Of a stretch of DNA of 64,000 nucleotides, positions 31,272 through 40,246 are shown in pieces; the stretch's first letter is position 1, and the number at the start of each line of letters is the position of its first letter. Location of the stretch: the IMG/VR virus record IMGVR_UViG_3300011253_000949, positions 2,614 to 66,613 of that record; one strand, given 5' to 3'. The position numbers and the translations under genes were made by a program. The DNA comes from a virus. The notes below the pieces were generated by a model that was not told the origin of the DNA, searched no databases, and saw nothing but the letters and a program-made list of their open reading frames with translations.

Positions 31272-33261
31272 ACAGTTCTGCTCCTTTCATTGATTTGCCC
31301 AGATACTCTACATCCTCGTCAGAGTGGAAGTAAATGTTGGTGTTACCTACTTTCGCTTTATAGCAAGTTGCATTTTCAGGGGCTATTTCGATATCAGGCA
31401 TACGCTCAGCAAAGTAAGACTGAGCTCTCAGACAGTGTCCGTCAAACCCATCCAAGTAGACTTTTAGCTTGTTAGGATCTTTGGTCGTGAGAGCGGAGAT
31501 CATGTCTTCGAGAGAGTTGAAATCCAATCCAATCATGAGCCAACCGTCAGGAGCAGTGAAGCAGCTCTTGATCAGCTTGGCATACTTGGTTCCTGTGGCA
31601 GGAATGGTTTGAAGGTTTGGATTTGAAGAGCTCAGTCGACAGGAAACCGTACCACCCAGGTTGAAGTTACCGAAGAGGTAATGGCATCCATCTGGACCTT
31701 CTACAGCACTCTCCAACGCAGGGATGAAGGTGGTGTAGATTTTGTCCACTGATTTGTAATCCAACAGAGCATTGATGAGATCAATGATGTGAGAATCTTC
31801 AGTGTAGGCTTTGAGCTTTTCAAGCACTTCAGCTTTGGTGGCTGGTTGTTTGGTTTTGGTTCTTTCAATGACCGGTAGACCAAGATGTTCATGCAGAAGG
31901 TTCTGCAGCTGATCTGGACTGTTGGGATTGAATTTGTCGGGGTAGTCAGCCAGAACAACACGCTTGATTTTAAGCTCATTGTTCCGCTTCTCTACCCACT
32001 TTTCAGCAAGCATGTAGGTGAAATCTTGGATGTGCTGTTCTTGATAGATACGCTCAAGTGCACTGTCTCGATCCACCTCCAAAAGAACCTTGGCCTGAGC
32101 CACTTGGTTCATATCGATAGACATACCTGTCAGCTGCATTTGGATGATGTCGATGATTGCTGGCTTGAAGATCTCTTCGTAGAGTTCCAGCTGATCATCT
32201 GCCACCATCTTATCCCACCACTTATGGTACACGTACCACGTGGAGCATGCGTCGATGAGATTGTACTCAAGCAACTCTGGCAAAGGTATCTTGGTGATGT
32301 CCTTGATCTCTTCAACGGCATAGTTGCCGGCAAACTCTTGAGCCTGATCTTTGAGACCCAGCTTGTTACCGGCACAAGTGTTGGTGGCGAGATAGGAGAT
32401 GAGCTTGGTATCATGCCAATTTGAGAGCATGATCTCGAGACCATTGAGCAGACCTTTGGTATCTATCAAATGCTCCATGAAGAGCTGGTAGATTAAGACT
32501 GTGGCATCGTAGCTGATGTTGTGAAACAGGAGAGGTTGCTCAAACTCACAAAAGAATTTGACGAGGAGTTTGCGTACAGCCTCACCATGAATTCCCATGT
32601 CGATGGCAAAGGCAATGCCTTCATGTTGGTTCCAAGCAAAGCTGATGGTGCCAAGACCTGCACTGTAGTGCTTGAGAGAAAAGGCCTCAATATCACAGGC
32701 CAAAGGACATTGCATGTCCATAAGCTTCTGGAGCCATACAGCGATGTCAGCAGGGGTGTGAGGGTACTCAGCAGTCTTGAGGATGTCATGCCCTGGTTCT
32801 TGGTAGGTGCCTTTCATATGGCTCCACAGAGCGTCTAATGCAGAGGCAATACGTACCCGGGTAGGTGTCGGGTTGTAGAAGACCTGACGGTAGTTTGGCA
32901 CAAAGATGACATTGAACTGACCAGCCATGCTGGCAGGGAACTTGTTTGGAAGGACGTAGCCAAGATAGGGATCTACCTTAGCCACGCCTACCAGAGTCTT
33001 GAAGTAATCGCTGTCAGTGACAAGGATGTACTTGGTGTCGATCTCACTGAGCAATTCGAGCATGTCAGTGAGAAAGACTTTCTGATCAACTACCTTGGTT
33101 TTCTTGCCAGTTGTGTAGAGCTGGTAAGCAATGACATCTTCAGGATCGATGAGAGAAGGGTCGAGGTACTCTTTGGTCATACCTGCACTATCAAGCTTGG
33201 GAGCCAAAATGCAGATGGGGTAGGTTGAGTTCTCGTGATCTGTAAATGTCTGGAAGTCCAT
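31249..33261 (-). CDS. DNA polymerase family A (N4 gp39-like), N-terminal subunit with 3'-5' exonuclease and motif A
   Basis: CDIE, FHNISYD, RLSSSNPNLQTIP, motif A GLDFNSLE, DGHCLRA; stops before motif B. Confidence 0.92.
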   Translation of the reverse strand: MDFQTFTDHENSTYPICILAPKLDSAGMTKEYLDPSLIDPEDVIAYQLYTTGKKTKVVDQKVFLTDMLELLSEIDTKYILVTDSDYFKTLVGVAKVDPYLGYVLPNKFPASMAGQFNVIFVPNYRQVFYNPTPTRVRIASALDALWSHMKGTYQEPGHDILKTAEYPHTPADIAVWLQKLMDMQCPLACDIEAFSLKHYSAGLGTISFAWNQHEGIAFAIDMGIHGEAVRKLLVKFFCEFEQPLLFHNISYDATVLIYQLFMEHLIDTKGLLNGLEIMLSNWHDTKLISYLATNTCAGNKLGLKDQAQEFAGNYAVEEIKDITKIPLPELLEYNLIDACSTWYVYHKWWDKMVADDQLELYEEIFKPAIIDIIQMQLTGMSIDMNQVAQAKVLLEVDRDSALERIYQEQHIQDFTYMLAEKWVEKRNNELKIKRVVLADYPDKFNPNSPDQLQNLLHEHLGLPVIERTKTKQPATKAEVLEKLKAYTEDSHIIDLINALLDYKSVDKIYTTFIPALESAVEGPDGCHYLFGNFNLGGTVSCRLSSSNPNLQTIPATGTKYAKLIKSCFTAPDGWLMIGLDFNSLEDMISALTTKDPNKLKVYLDGFDGHCLRAQSYFAERMPDIEIAPENATCYKAKVGNTNIYFHSDEDVEYLGKSMKGAELYELLTGS

Positions 33262-33752
33262 TAGAAGAGCATCCTGCTTGCTAGGTAATGATCAATGACC
33301 CGAAGCGTTGTTGACTCATAGCTATGAAGTTTCATAGGCATGTCGATCAACGTGTACGCTTCAGGTCGGGTGCGTGGAAAGTCAGCGATGACAGGGAGAA
33401 ACTGCATGACTGTATCAGGAAGTGCATCACGCAAATCTTGATAACCTGTGCAGGGAGCCAACAGAGTTTTCAGGCCTTGTTTTAGGATGAGTTCATCCCG
33501 CTCTAAAGCAAGCTTTTCTGTATGTGCATCAAACGCATCTTGGAAGATGGAAGGATGTGCTGGCACCTTACGAGCAAGAGCCCGCGATACACCTGTGAGT
33601 TGGCTATAAAACCTACCAGATACCAGAAAATCGGTGTTTCCTGTCAAAGCGTGCTGTTTGTCATGGAGCTTATCAATCTCATCATCACTCCTGGAGACGG
33701 ATCTTCGCATCAGCTTTTCGATAAGATCAGTGATAAATTCTGAGACAGTCAT
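33261..33752 (-). CDS. Conserved N4-like protein between helicase and polymerase (gp38-like)
   Basis: Synteny; RDALPD and RTRPEAYT motifs. Confidence 0.65.
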   Translation of the reverse strand: MTVSEFITDLIEKLMRRSVSRSDDEIDKLHDKQHALTGNTDFLVSGRFYSQLTGVSRALARKVPAHPSIFQDAFDAHTEKLALERDELILKQGLKTLLAPCTGYQDLRDALPDTVMQFLPVIADFPRTRPEAYTLIDMPMKLHSYESTTLRVIDHYLASRMLF

Positions 33753-35074
33753 GCCGCTACCTTTCCTTGATATTTGGCAGGTAAGTTTCCGTAGAAAAAT
33801 ACCCGTGTGGTTGCTCTAGACACCCCCACAAAAAGCATTCGAGCGACTTGCTCAGGATCGCGGGCAGTGCCTATGTTTCCCAAGTCAATGAACACAGTAT
33901 CATATGTACTGCCTTGGGATTTGTAGACTGTGCAGGCATACTTATCTCGCAGATCCAGGAACTGATTTTTGAGCTGGAAAAATTCAGGCCAGCGTTTCTT
34001 ACGCTTGAGAGCCTGTAGAACACACCGGAGCTGAGCAGGATCATCCACAACATCACATGTCAGAGATGAGACACCAAGAGAGCCTGGAGGAGAGATATGA
34101 AACTTCTTGTAGGTGAGGTCTTTACTGTCTCCAGTCAGCTCAGCATAGCGAGCATTGTATGTGTCTGGTTCAATCTCTGTAATGAGAATTTCACGTTCGA
34201 CATTCAGAGCAAATTTTCCAGACATGTATGACTGAGCTACAACAAGCTCATCTCCAGCTGTGAACTCTGGTGGGAGTCCACGAACCTCGCGGATGAATGC
34301 ATTGTAATCTTGCACACGTGAGTTGGTGTAGCAGAGGATCCGGACAGCTGGATTGGGCAGCTTGAAGTAATGCTCCAATGCAGTCTGCATGTCTTCCGGT
34401 CCAAGATAGTCAATGACTCCTGGGACTTCGACCATGGGATGAAACTCGCCTGCCTCAACTGTGTTTCTCAGCTGGGTACATAGATCCATCAAAGCAGGTT
34501 GATCCGCGTTACGGACAGGCTTCGATAGGAAGGCAAAGTTTGACTTATCAACATTCAGATAGACCGGTGAAATTTCTTCACCTACGGGAGACATCTGAGC
34601 ATGATCACCCACAAAAACTATCTTACTGTCTTTGAATGCATCCATAATGAAATCATACATCTGTGTGTCGATCATGGATGATTCATCAATGAAGAGGATG
34701 TGATTGTGACGAACACGATATTGACGTGTTGGTTCAAGAAAGGTCTTACCTGTTTTTTGGTTCTCTTTGACAGTGACACCTAAGAATGAGTGCACTGTTG
34801 AAACAGGCTTGTTGAGGGTTTTTTCGAGGACTTCAGCAGCTTTGTTGGTGGTCGCTGTGAAAGAGACTTCATGGTACTCAGGCTTGATATTCATCAAGGT
34901 ACAGGCATCATGGTAGGTCTGCATCACGTTGTTGGAGATGTACTGCATCAGTGTTGTCTTACCAACACCTGCACCACCTGAGAGAACAAAGGTAGGTGCA
35001 TCGCTCATGAGAAATTGGAAGAACTGATCCGCAACTGCCTGTTGATCTGGGGTAGGTACAAACGTGGTAGTCAT
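33749..35074 (-). CDS. Dda/RecD-like SF1 DNA helicase (N4 gp37-like)
   Basis: GGAGVGKT, IDESSM, VGDHAQ, TVYKSQGSTY and VGVSRA motifs. Confidence 0.93.
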   Translation of the reverse strand: MTTTFVPTPDQQAVADQFFQFLMSDAPTFVLSGGAGVGKTTLMQYISNNVMQTYHDACTLMNIKPEYHEVSFTATTNKAAEVLEKTLNKPVSTVHSFLGVTVKENQKTGKTFLEPTRQYRVRHNHILFIDESSMIDTQMYDFIMDAFKDSKIVFVGDHAQMSPVGEEISPVYLNVDKSNFAFLSKPVRNADQPALMDLCTQLRNTVEAGEFHPMVEVPGVIDYLGPEDMQTALEHYFKLPNPAVRILCYTNSRVQDYNAFIREVRGLPPEFTAGDELVVAQSYMSGKFALNVEREILITEIEPDTYNARYAELTGDSKDLTYKKFHISPPGSLGVSSLTCDVVDDPAQLRCVLQALKRKKRWPEFFQLKNQFLDLRDKYACTVYKSQGSTYDTVFIDLGNIGTARDPEQVARMLFVGVSRATTRVFFYGNLPAKYQGKVAA

Positions 35075-35077
35075 GAC

Positions 35078-35371
35078 TTATGCCTCCAGCATCAGGCGTG
35101 CTTTGAGATCATCATCAAGCAGCTCTGCTTTGGGAATTACCTTGGTTCCAAGACGATTGAACAAGCCACGGTAGAGCGGCACGTCTGTCTCGATATGGAT
35201 GAGGAAGGTGTTGGGTTTGGATGTGGATCCATCTGACTTGAGCAGGATGAATGAGTTGTTTGAGAGACCGGCAAACAGATACCCGTTACGTTCGTACAGG
35301 TTAACCTGCTTCTGGACTCCACCGGTTGAGATGATCGCTTGATCTCCATCACGGAGTTTGAAGAGAGACAT
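35078..35371 (-). CDS. Hypothetical protein
   Basis: 97-aa ORF with AAGGA RBS. Confidence 0.65.
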   Translation of the reverse strand: MSLFKLRDGDQAIISTGGVQKQVNLYERNGYLFAGLSNNSFILLKSDGSTSKPNTFLIHIETDVPLYRGLFNRLGTKVIPKAELLDDDLKARLMLEA

Positions 35372-35516
35372 ATTTGGTCCTTTCTAGAGGCTGAAACCGA
35401 AAAAAGTATCTAACGATATGAGGTGGTTCGACACGATTTGGTGTGGTGTGGTATTATTTAGGTGACATTTAGGTAAAACTGTGAATGAATACAGATGGGA
35501 AAACAGGAGAACTTAG

Positions 35517-36212
35517 ATGCCAGTCATCACATTTGCGTCTTCGAAAGGAGGCGCAGGAAAAACCACATCTGCAATCATCCTCGCAACCACATTGGCTCAG
35601 GCCCAACGTGTATGCTTGATTGATGCTGACCCTGCACAGCGGCTTATGTCGTGGGCCAATAAAGGTCAGTTACCAGACAATCTCAAGGTATTTTCTTCCG
35701 AAGGGGAGAGGTACATCCATGATGAGATCGATCGAGGTAAGGCAGAATACGCCTACACCATTGTAGATCTTGAAGGGGCAGCAACCAGATTGAATGCTTT
35801 CGCCATGGGCGAGAGTGATCTGGTGATCATCCCAATGTCAGACGAACAGCCCGATGCAGAGGGAGCCATCGAGACACTCTCTCAGCTGCTCTTAGAAGCC
35901 AAGGCCATGCGTAGGGAGATACCGGTAAGGATCCTCTTTGCACGTACCCAGGCGGCTGTAAAATCACGGTTAGAACGCTCTCTGAACGATCAGGTCCGAC
36001 AAAAGATAGGCAGCTTCACAACTGAGCTGCACAGACGGACTGCATATTCATCTCTGCACAGCATTGGTGGCACGCTCTACGACATGGAACAGAGCGAAGT
36101 CACTGGGGTAGCCAAAGCCATCCACAACGCTGAGCTCTTTGTTGAGGAGCTGCACAGAGCAATGGAATGGATCCAAGAGATCACCAAGAGGGAGACCAAC
36201 AATGTCGCATAA
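35517..36212 (+). CDS. parA: ParA family partition ATPase (type Ib, no N-terminal HTH)
   Basis: Deviant Walker A KGGAGKTT, LIDADP, IVD; CAGGAG RBS; opposite orientation to the surrounding phage genes. Confidence 0.92.
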   Translation: MPVITFASSKGGAGKTTSAIILATTLAQAQRVCLIDADPAQRLMSWANKGQLPDNLKVFSSEGERYIHDEIDRGKAEYAYTIVDLEGAATRLNAFAMGESDLVIIPMSDEQPDAEGAIETLSQLLLEAKAMRREIPVRILFARTQAAVKSRLERSLNDQVRQKIGSFTTELHRRTAYSSLHSIGGTLYDMEQSEVTGVAKAIHNAELFVEELHRAMEWIQEITKRETNNVA

Positions 36213-36435
36213 ACCTTTGAACTTCACACCGCTTGATACTGCCACTGCCGAACCAACAAAACGCTGGAAGAGTAGGGAAGCACCAAAGACGATGCAGACC
36301 TCACTAAGAATGCGGCCGGAGACCTATGATGAGTTTAGGATGATGTGTCTGCACGAGAGACGTACCAATGGTGAAATGCTTGAAGTGTTGATGAACCACT
36401 ACAAGAAGACCGGTACACCAGACATCCAAAGGTGA
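36202..36435 (+). CDS. Ribbon-helix-helix partition partner (ParG-like)
   Basis: 77 aa, overlaps the parA end; flexible N-terminus, then QTSLRM strand and two helices. Confidence 0.7.
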   Translation: MSHKPLNFTPLDTATAEPTKRWKSREAPKTMQTSLRMRPETYDEFRMMCLHERRTNGEMLEVLMNHYKKTGTPDIQR

Positions 36436-36463
36436 AGAATATGGGGAGCCTTAGTTGGCTCCT

Positions 36464-36706
36464 CTATCCTGCTTTCGTATTTACGTAAGACAAAAGTGTC
36501 TTTGGAAGATCAGAAAGTATGACAGGCAGAAGGGGAAGTTGGAATCGGCCGGCAGCTTCATGATGTGCATGCGCTACAGCTTTCTGAGCCTCTTCTGAGG
36601 TGAAGAGCTTAGCGTCACTGATGTGAACAGTGTAGGATGTTGGCAAGGTACGAACCCAGGCATTCATGGGGATAGACCACAGCAAGTAGGTTTTCATATC
36701 TGACAT
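36464..36706 (-). CDS. Hypothetical protein
   Basis: YLLWS...W...YT...AKLFTSEEA small phage-type protein; start uncertain. Confidence 0.55.
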   Translation of the reverse strand: MSDMKTYLLWSIPMNAWVRTLPTSYTVHISDAKLFTSEEAQKAVAHAHHEAAGRFQLPLLPVILSDLPKTLLSYVNTKAG

Positions 36707-36783
36707 ATGCGTTCTCTTTTGTTCATGGTTCATAGATTCAGTGCTTGAATCCACAAAATAAATCAGTGGGTTAACCTCTCAAA

Positions 36784-36864
36784 TGTGAGAGACATGGGGA
36801 GTCTGGTGAGGAATATGGGGGGAAAGGTGAGAGATATGGGGAACAAAGGTGAGGTATCTGGGGA
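36784..36864 (+). repeat. Four 17-bp iterons (putative plasmid origin)
   Basis: TGTGAGAGACATGGGGA (36784), GGTGAGGAATATGGGGG (36805), GGTGAGAGATATGGGGA (36826), GGTGAGGTATCTGGGGA (36848); 21-22 bp spacing; extra copies at 36431 and inverted at 37793-37809. Confidence 0.85.
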
Positions 36865-36866
36865 GA

Positions 36867-37733
36867 TTACTTCAGCTGTTTGAGTCCATTTCTTGTCACT
36901 CTGTTGAGGCTTGGTGATGGTTCCAACACCAAAGAAACCTGATCAGATATGCGTGCTCTTCGACCAACCTTAGATCGTTGAAGCTCTTGCCATGCAGCTT
37001 TCACTTCATCTTTGTCTTTGAGCCACCAGCCAATACGTAGATGGGTGACTTTGTTGCCTGTCTTGATGGGCAAGACACTGATGTTGAACTGAGCCAAAGC
37101 ATTAAGCTCTTGGGAGATTGGTTTGATGACATGCTTGTTGAGATCGGAGAACCTGGGATACTTGGATCCCTCTACGCCAAGCATGGCACGCATCTCTTCG
37201 AGCGTAAGTACCTGTGAGGTTTTGTTTGTAAGGCCTGCCCATTGAGAGACATGCTCATAGAAGCTGATGCTGTACTTTGATGAGAGTGCCACCAAGACAG
37301 GAAGTGAAATCTTTCCCCAGATGGTAGAGTTTCTGAGGATGTTCACGAGACGCTTATCAAAGCTGTAAGTGAGGACACCGGCAGGACGGGTAGGGGAATC
37401 CATGTCATTGCCACCCAGGAATTGAACACGGGTAGTTGATCCATCTGGATGCTTGACCGTTATCAGCGCCTGCATGAGGGCAACCACAGCTTCCTCTACC
37501 ACATCATAGCCTTTGTGGTTCGAAGCAATGAGATCGTCTATTTCGATGGTGTAATCACGTCCTTCTTCAATGCCTTGTTGATGGGCATTGTGCCAAAGCA
37601 ATGTGATCGATCGACGGGCATTCAAGCTGAGTGCTTGATGTCCTGTGATCTGGATCAACTCAGAAGGTTTGGTGGCATGATCAGCTCTGGGAGTGAGATC
37701 AATCACCAACAAAGGTTCGTTCTTTTTGGTCAT
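36867..37733 (-). CDS. Plasmid replication initiator (Rep_3 / RepB-like)
   Basis: KPSELI, LSSKYSISFYE, LEEMRAMLGVEGSKYPRFSDLNKHVIKP...ELN and KTGNKV are typical of Rep_3 winged-helix initiators. Confidence 0.9.
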   Translation of the reverse strand: MTKKNEPLLVIDLTPRADHATKPSELIQITGHQALSLNARRSITLLWHNAHQQGIEEGRDYTIEIDDLIASNHKGYDVVEEAVVALMQALITVKHPDGSTTRVQFLGGNDMDSPTRPAGVLTYSFDKRLVNILRNSTIWGKISLPVLVALSSKYSISFYEHVSQWAGLTNKTSQVLTLEEMRAMLGVEGSKYPRFSDLNKHVIKPISQELNALAQFNISVLPIKTGNKVTHLRIGWWLKDKDEVKAAWQELQRSKVGRRARISDQVSLVLEPSPSLNRVTRNGLKQLK

Positions 37734-37813
37734 TAGGAGAAGATAAAGTGAGTCTGAGGAAAGTGAAAGTAGCTAATGCTGTTGGTTCACTTTCCCCAAA
37801 TTCTTCACCTTTA

Positions 37814-37868
37814 GAAAAAAGATCTCTCCCCTAGTAGGTATCGGGGTTAGCGATGAAGGGGAGAGATC
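37814..37868 (-). terminator. Terminator after thyX, insulating rep
   Basis: GATCTCTCCCC...GGGGAGAGATC stem with T7 run on the - strand. Confidence 0.65.
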
Positions 37869-37910
37869 AGGTGCCTGTGCTGGGAGGGGTAATTAGGCAC
37901 AGGTAGGGAG

Positions 37911-39878
37911 TTAAGTTACGTGATTTTCATTTGGTACAGTCTTACGGAATTGAACCCATCCTGAGAGGTTGCCGTGAAGATGCTCATTTTCCCAAGCTTC
38001 TCCTCCATACAAACGATCAGGTGTAGCTTGATGCTCCAGTGGAGAGGCATGCACACGGTCAGAGCTGACCAGCATGTCATACCGCTCAAGCTCGCGCTCA
38101 TAGGATGCATCACCGTCAAAAGGCTTGTAGGAGATACGTGCACAACGAGCAGCTGAGATCTTCTGAAGAACGGGCATAACTTGGAAAGTATTAGCCCGAA
38201 CTCCTGGAGCTAGTTTTACCATTGATGCAGCTCCATACCAGTCATCTTGAGTGATGTAAGGCAAGTGCCATTCCCCTGGCTCCAGGATCTGTACTTCAGC
38301 ATCGTCGATGGCTTGTTTCACCAGACGTGCCAGATCCTGAAGGTGTGGTTCAGCGTCAGCATGATCACGGAGCCACAGGAAGTTATCCCATTCACATGAA
38401 GTGATCAGTGTGTCGATCCAAGAGAAGGGCTCCAGCAGACGGTTGGGGATCTGCTTGTGATAGCCAGCTTCCATGTAGGCTTCAGCAACTTCCACTGCTG
38501 TATTACGGGCTACGAGCCATGCTTCTTTTTGAGTGTAAAAACATTCAGCTGGATCCATGGAAGGATCAGGAAGATAGATTTCTTCATCACAATCTTCAGA
38601 CGCTTGCATGCCCTTCTGGTTCTTGCCCCAGTGCCAAGGGATGAACGGCATGGAGGTGCATTCCAGCAGCATGGTCTTGACCGGTACAGCACGTGAGCTG
38701 CGAGCATTGCGTGAGTTGTGAACAACTACACCATCGGCAAAGAAGTTCGGAAACTCTCCAGCGATTTCGAGATCATAAGTATCGCATTCGCCTTCGCTTA
38801 AAATGCTATCGACCAGCGTGCCGACTGATCCAAGGGGAACTCCAATCTGCCAGCCCTGCGTCTCATGCAGATCCTTATGCGCGTCGGGATTGACGGCGAT
38901 CACATTATCCAGGTCGAAGGCCAGGTCAGGACGCTCATGCCGTGGTTTGACGTGATGCAGATGGAATGACCGTTCCAGCAATTCTCCAGTAATGGCGCAT
39001 TTGTGATACTGTCGCTGCGCAATAGTGCTGCGGTTCTGACGTGTCCAGGTCTGAACCCATTGACCGTCAATCTTATTGTGTCTGTTGGGGTCAGCATTTT
39101 CCCCTGCGCCGTAACGATAAGTGATGATCTGATCCTGACCTGGAACAATATCTTCAATACGCTTCCAGCCAGAGTCAGTGAAGACGCGGTGATCTTTTGA
39201 GCCACAGACAGAGAATGACCCTGCCGAGACGCGAAAAACCTCTTTCTTTCCTGAGACAATCACGTCCTTGACAGTAGACGTTTGCACTTCTCCAGTGCGT
39301 TCGTTGATCTGCCTGATTTGCATTTTGGACAAACGAGACTTCAATGAAAAGCTACGATTTCCGGTGCTTTCACGCCAGTCCATCCAGTAGCGCCCATAAG
39401 CGCACCACTTTCCTCCCCGCTTGTGAGCGCCGTAAATTTTACCTTTGCGACACAGCGCGTTGAGATTACTCGTAACGCTCATACCAAGTTCAGTCGCAAT
39501 CTCTTTGGCCGTGTAAGTCTTGGCGGCATCAAGATGATCAAGAGTCTTACCATTGTGACGAGAAGTTGCGCCCTTTGCGGCACCGTTGATCCATTTGTCA
39601 GCGAACTCACGTAGGCTCATGGAATGAACACGCCGGGTATTTTTGCCGTGCTGACCACCGGGAAGATCAAAGTCGAGCATGGCATCACCTGCGAGACAGA
39701 ACACCCGATGGGTCATGACTTCACCATGAATGATCCGCGGATAGCGCATACGGATGGTGTAGAGGGGTGGTCCTTGGTCATCGCCATCTACATTGACAGC
39801 ACGTGAGGCCAGGATCACTTCGACCTGCATCTGAGGCTGGCCTGAATGCGTGAAGGTCTTGTAGGTCATCATATTCAT
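37911..39878 (-). CDS. thyX: Flavin-dependent thymidylate synthase ThyX containing an intein
   Basis: THRVF^SRNARSSRAVP after intein removal; NRLLEPF, LRDH, SAARCARISY and HASPLEHQA motifs. Confidence 0.92.
   Translation of the reverse strand: MNMMTYKTFTHSGQPQMQVEVILASRAVNVDGDDQGPPLYTIRMRYPRIIHGEVMTHRVFCLAGDAMLDFDLPGGQHGKNTRRVHSMSLREFADKWINGAAKGATSRHNGKTLDHLDAAKTYTAKEIATELGMSVTSNLNALCRKGKIYGAHKRGGKWCAYGRYWMDWRESTGNRSFSLKSRLSKMQIRQINERTGEVQTSTVKDVIVSGKKEVFRVSAGSFSVCGSKDHRVFTDSGWKRIEDIVPGQDQIITYRYGAGENADPNRHNKIDGQWVQTWTRQNRSTIAQRQYHKCAITGELLERSFHLHHVKPRHERPDLAFDLDNVIAVNPDAHKDLHETQGWQIGVPLGSVGTLVDSILSEGECDTYDLEIAGEFPNFFADGVVVHNSRNARSSRAVPVKTMLLECTSMPFIPWHWGKNQKGMQASEDCDEEIYLPDPSMDPAECFYTQKEAWLVARNTAVEVAEAYMEAGYHKQIPNRLLEPFSWIDTLITSCEWDNFLWLRDHADAEPHLQDLARLVKQAIDDAEVQILEPGEWHLPYITQDDWYGAASMVKLAPGVRANTFQVMPVLQKISAARCARISYKPFDGDASYERELERYDMLVSSDRVHASPLEHQATPDRLYGGEAWENEHLHGNLSGWVQFRKTVPNENHVT
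38715..39698 (-). mobile_element. Intein (328 aa) with HTH and HNH domains
   Basis: Begins CLAGDA; block B CGSKDHRVFT; ends YDLEI...NFFADGVVVHN followed by Ser; internal HHVKP...N...H. Confidence 0.93.
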
Positions 39879-40165
39879 TCTGCTGGTTCCTCAGAATATT
39901 TGTAAAATTGCAAAACCGCATCATAATCTCCCATCTTAGGGGAGAGTTGCCAGATGGGTATGTTGAGTGAATCATCCCGCACTAGGATACCTTGCTCAGC
40001 CATCATGTTGAGTGCTTCACCGGTGCTGGAACGCAGGCTTGGGGAGGTACGCTCAAGGCGCATACAGATATCTGTTGTGGTTCTCGCTCTGGTGTCTTTC
40101 ATCACATCAAGGATACGGCTTTTGAGATGGGACGGACGACCACGTTCATTAATAAGATTTTGCAT
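39875..40165 (-). CDS. Putative winged-HTH protein
   Basis: ILDVM...TTTDIC...ALNMMAEQGIL pattern. Confidence 0.55.
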   Translation of the reverse strand: MQNLINERGRPSHLKSRILDVMKDTRARTTTDICMRLERTSPSLRSSTGEALNMMAEQGILVRDDSLNIPIWQLSPKMGDYDAVLQFYKYSEEPAE

Positions 40166-40246
40166 ATGTTTTCCCGACGTAGAATTTGAAAAAATTCCCC
40201 AAGCGGAGATGTGATTGATCTCACGCTTGAGGTAGTTGGGCAGATT

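Noticed and set aside
30500-31300. A group I intron or split intein explaining the polymerase interruption
   Set aside because: No P/Q/R/S core, unlike the two RNAP introns; no Cys/His-Asn intein ends; essential motif B residues lie inside the interval in their own RBS-led ORF
36711-36724. Third LexA box (GTTC-TCTTTT-GTTC)
   Set aside because: Spacer is 6 nt, not 7
36784-36864. CRISPR-like mini-array
   Set aside because: Spacers are only 4-5 nt; helical phasing next to a rep gene fits iterons
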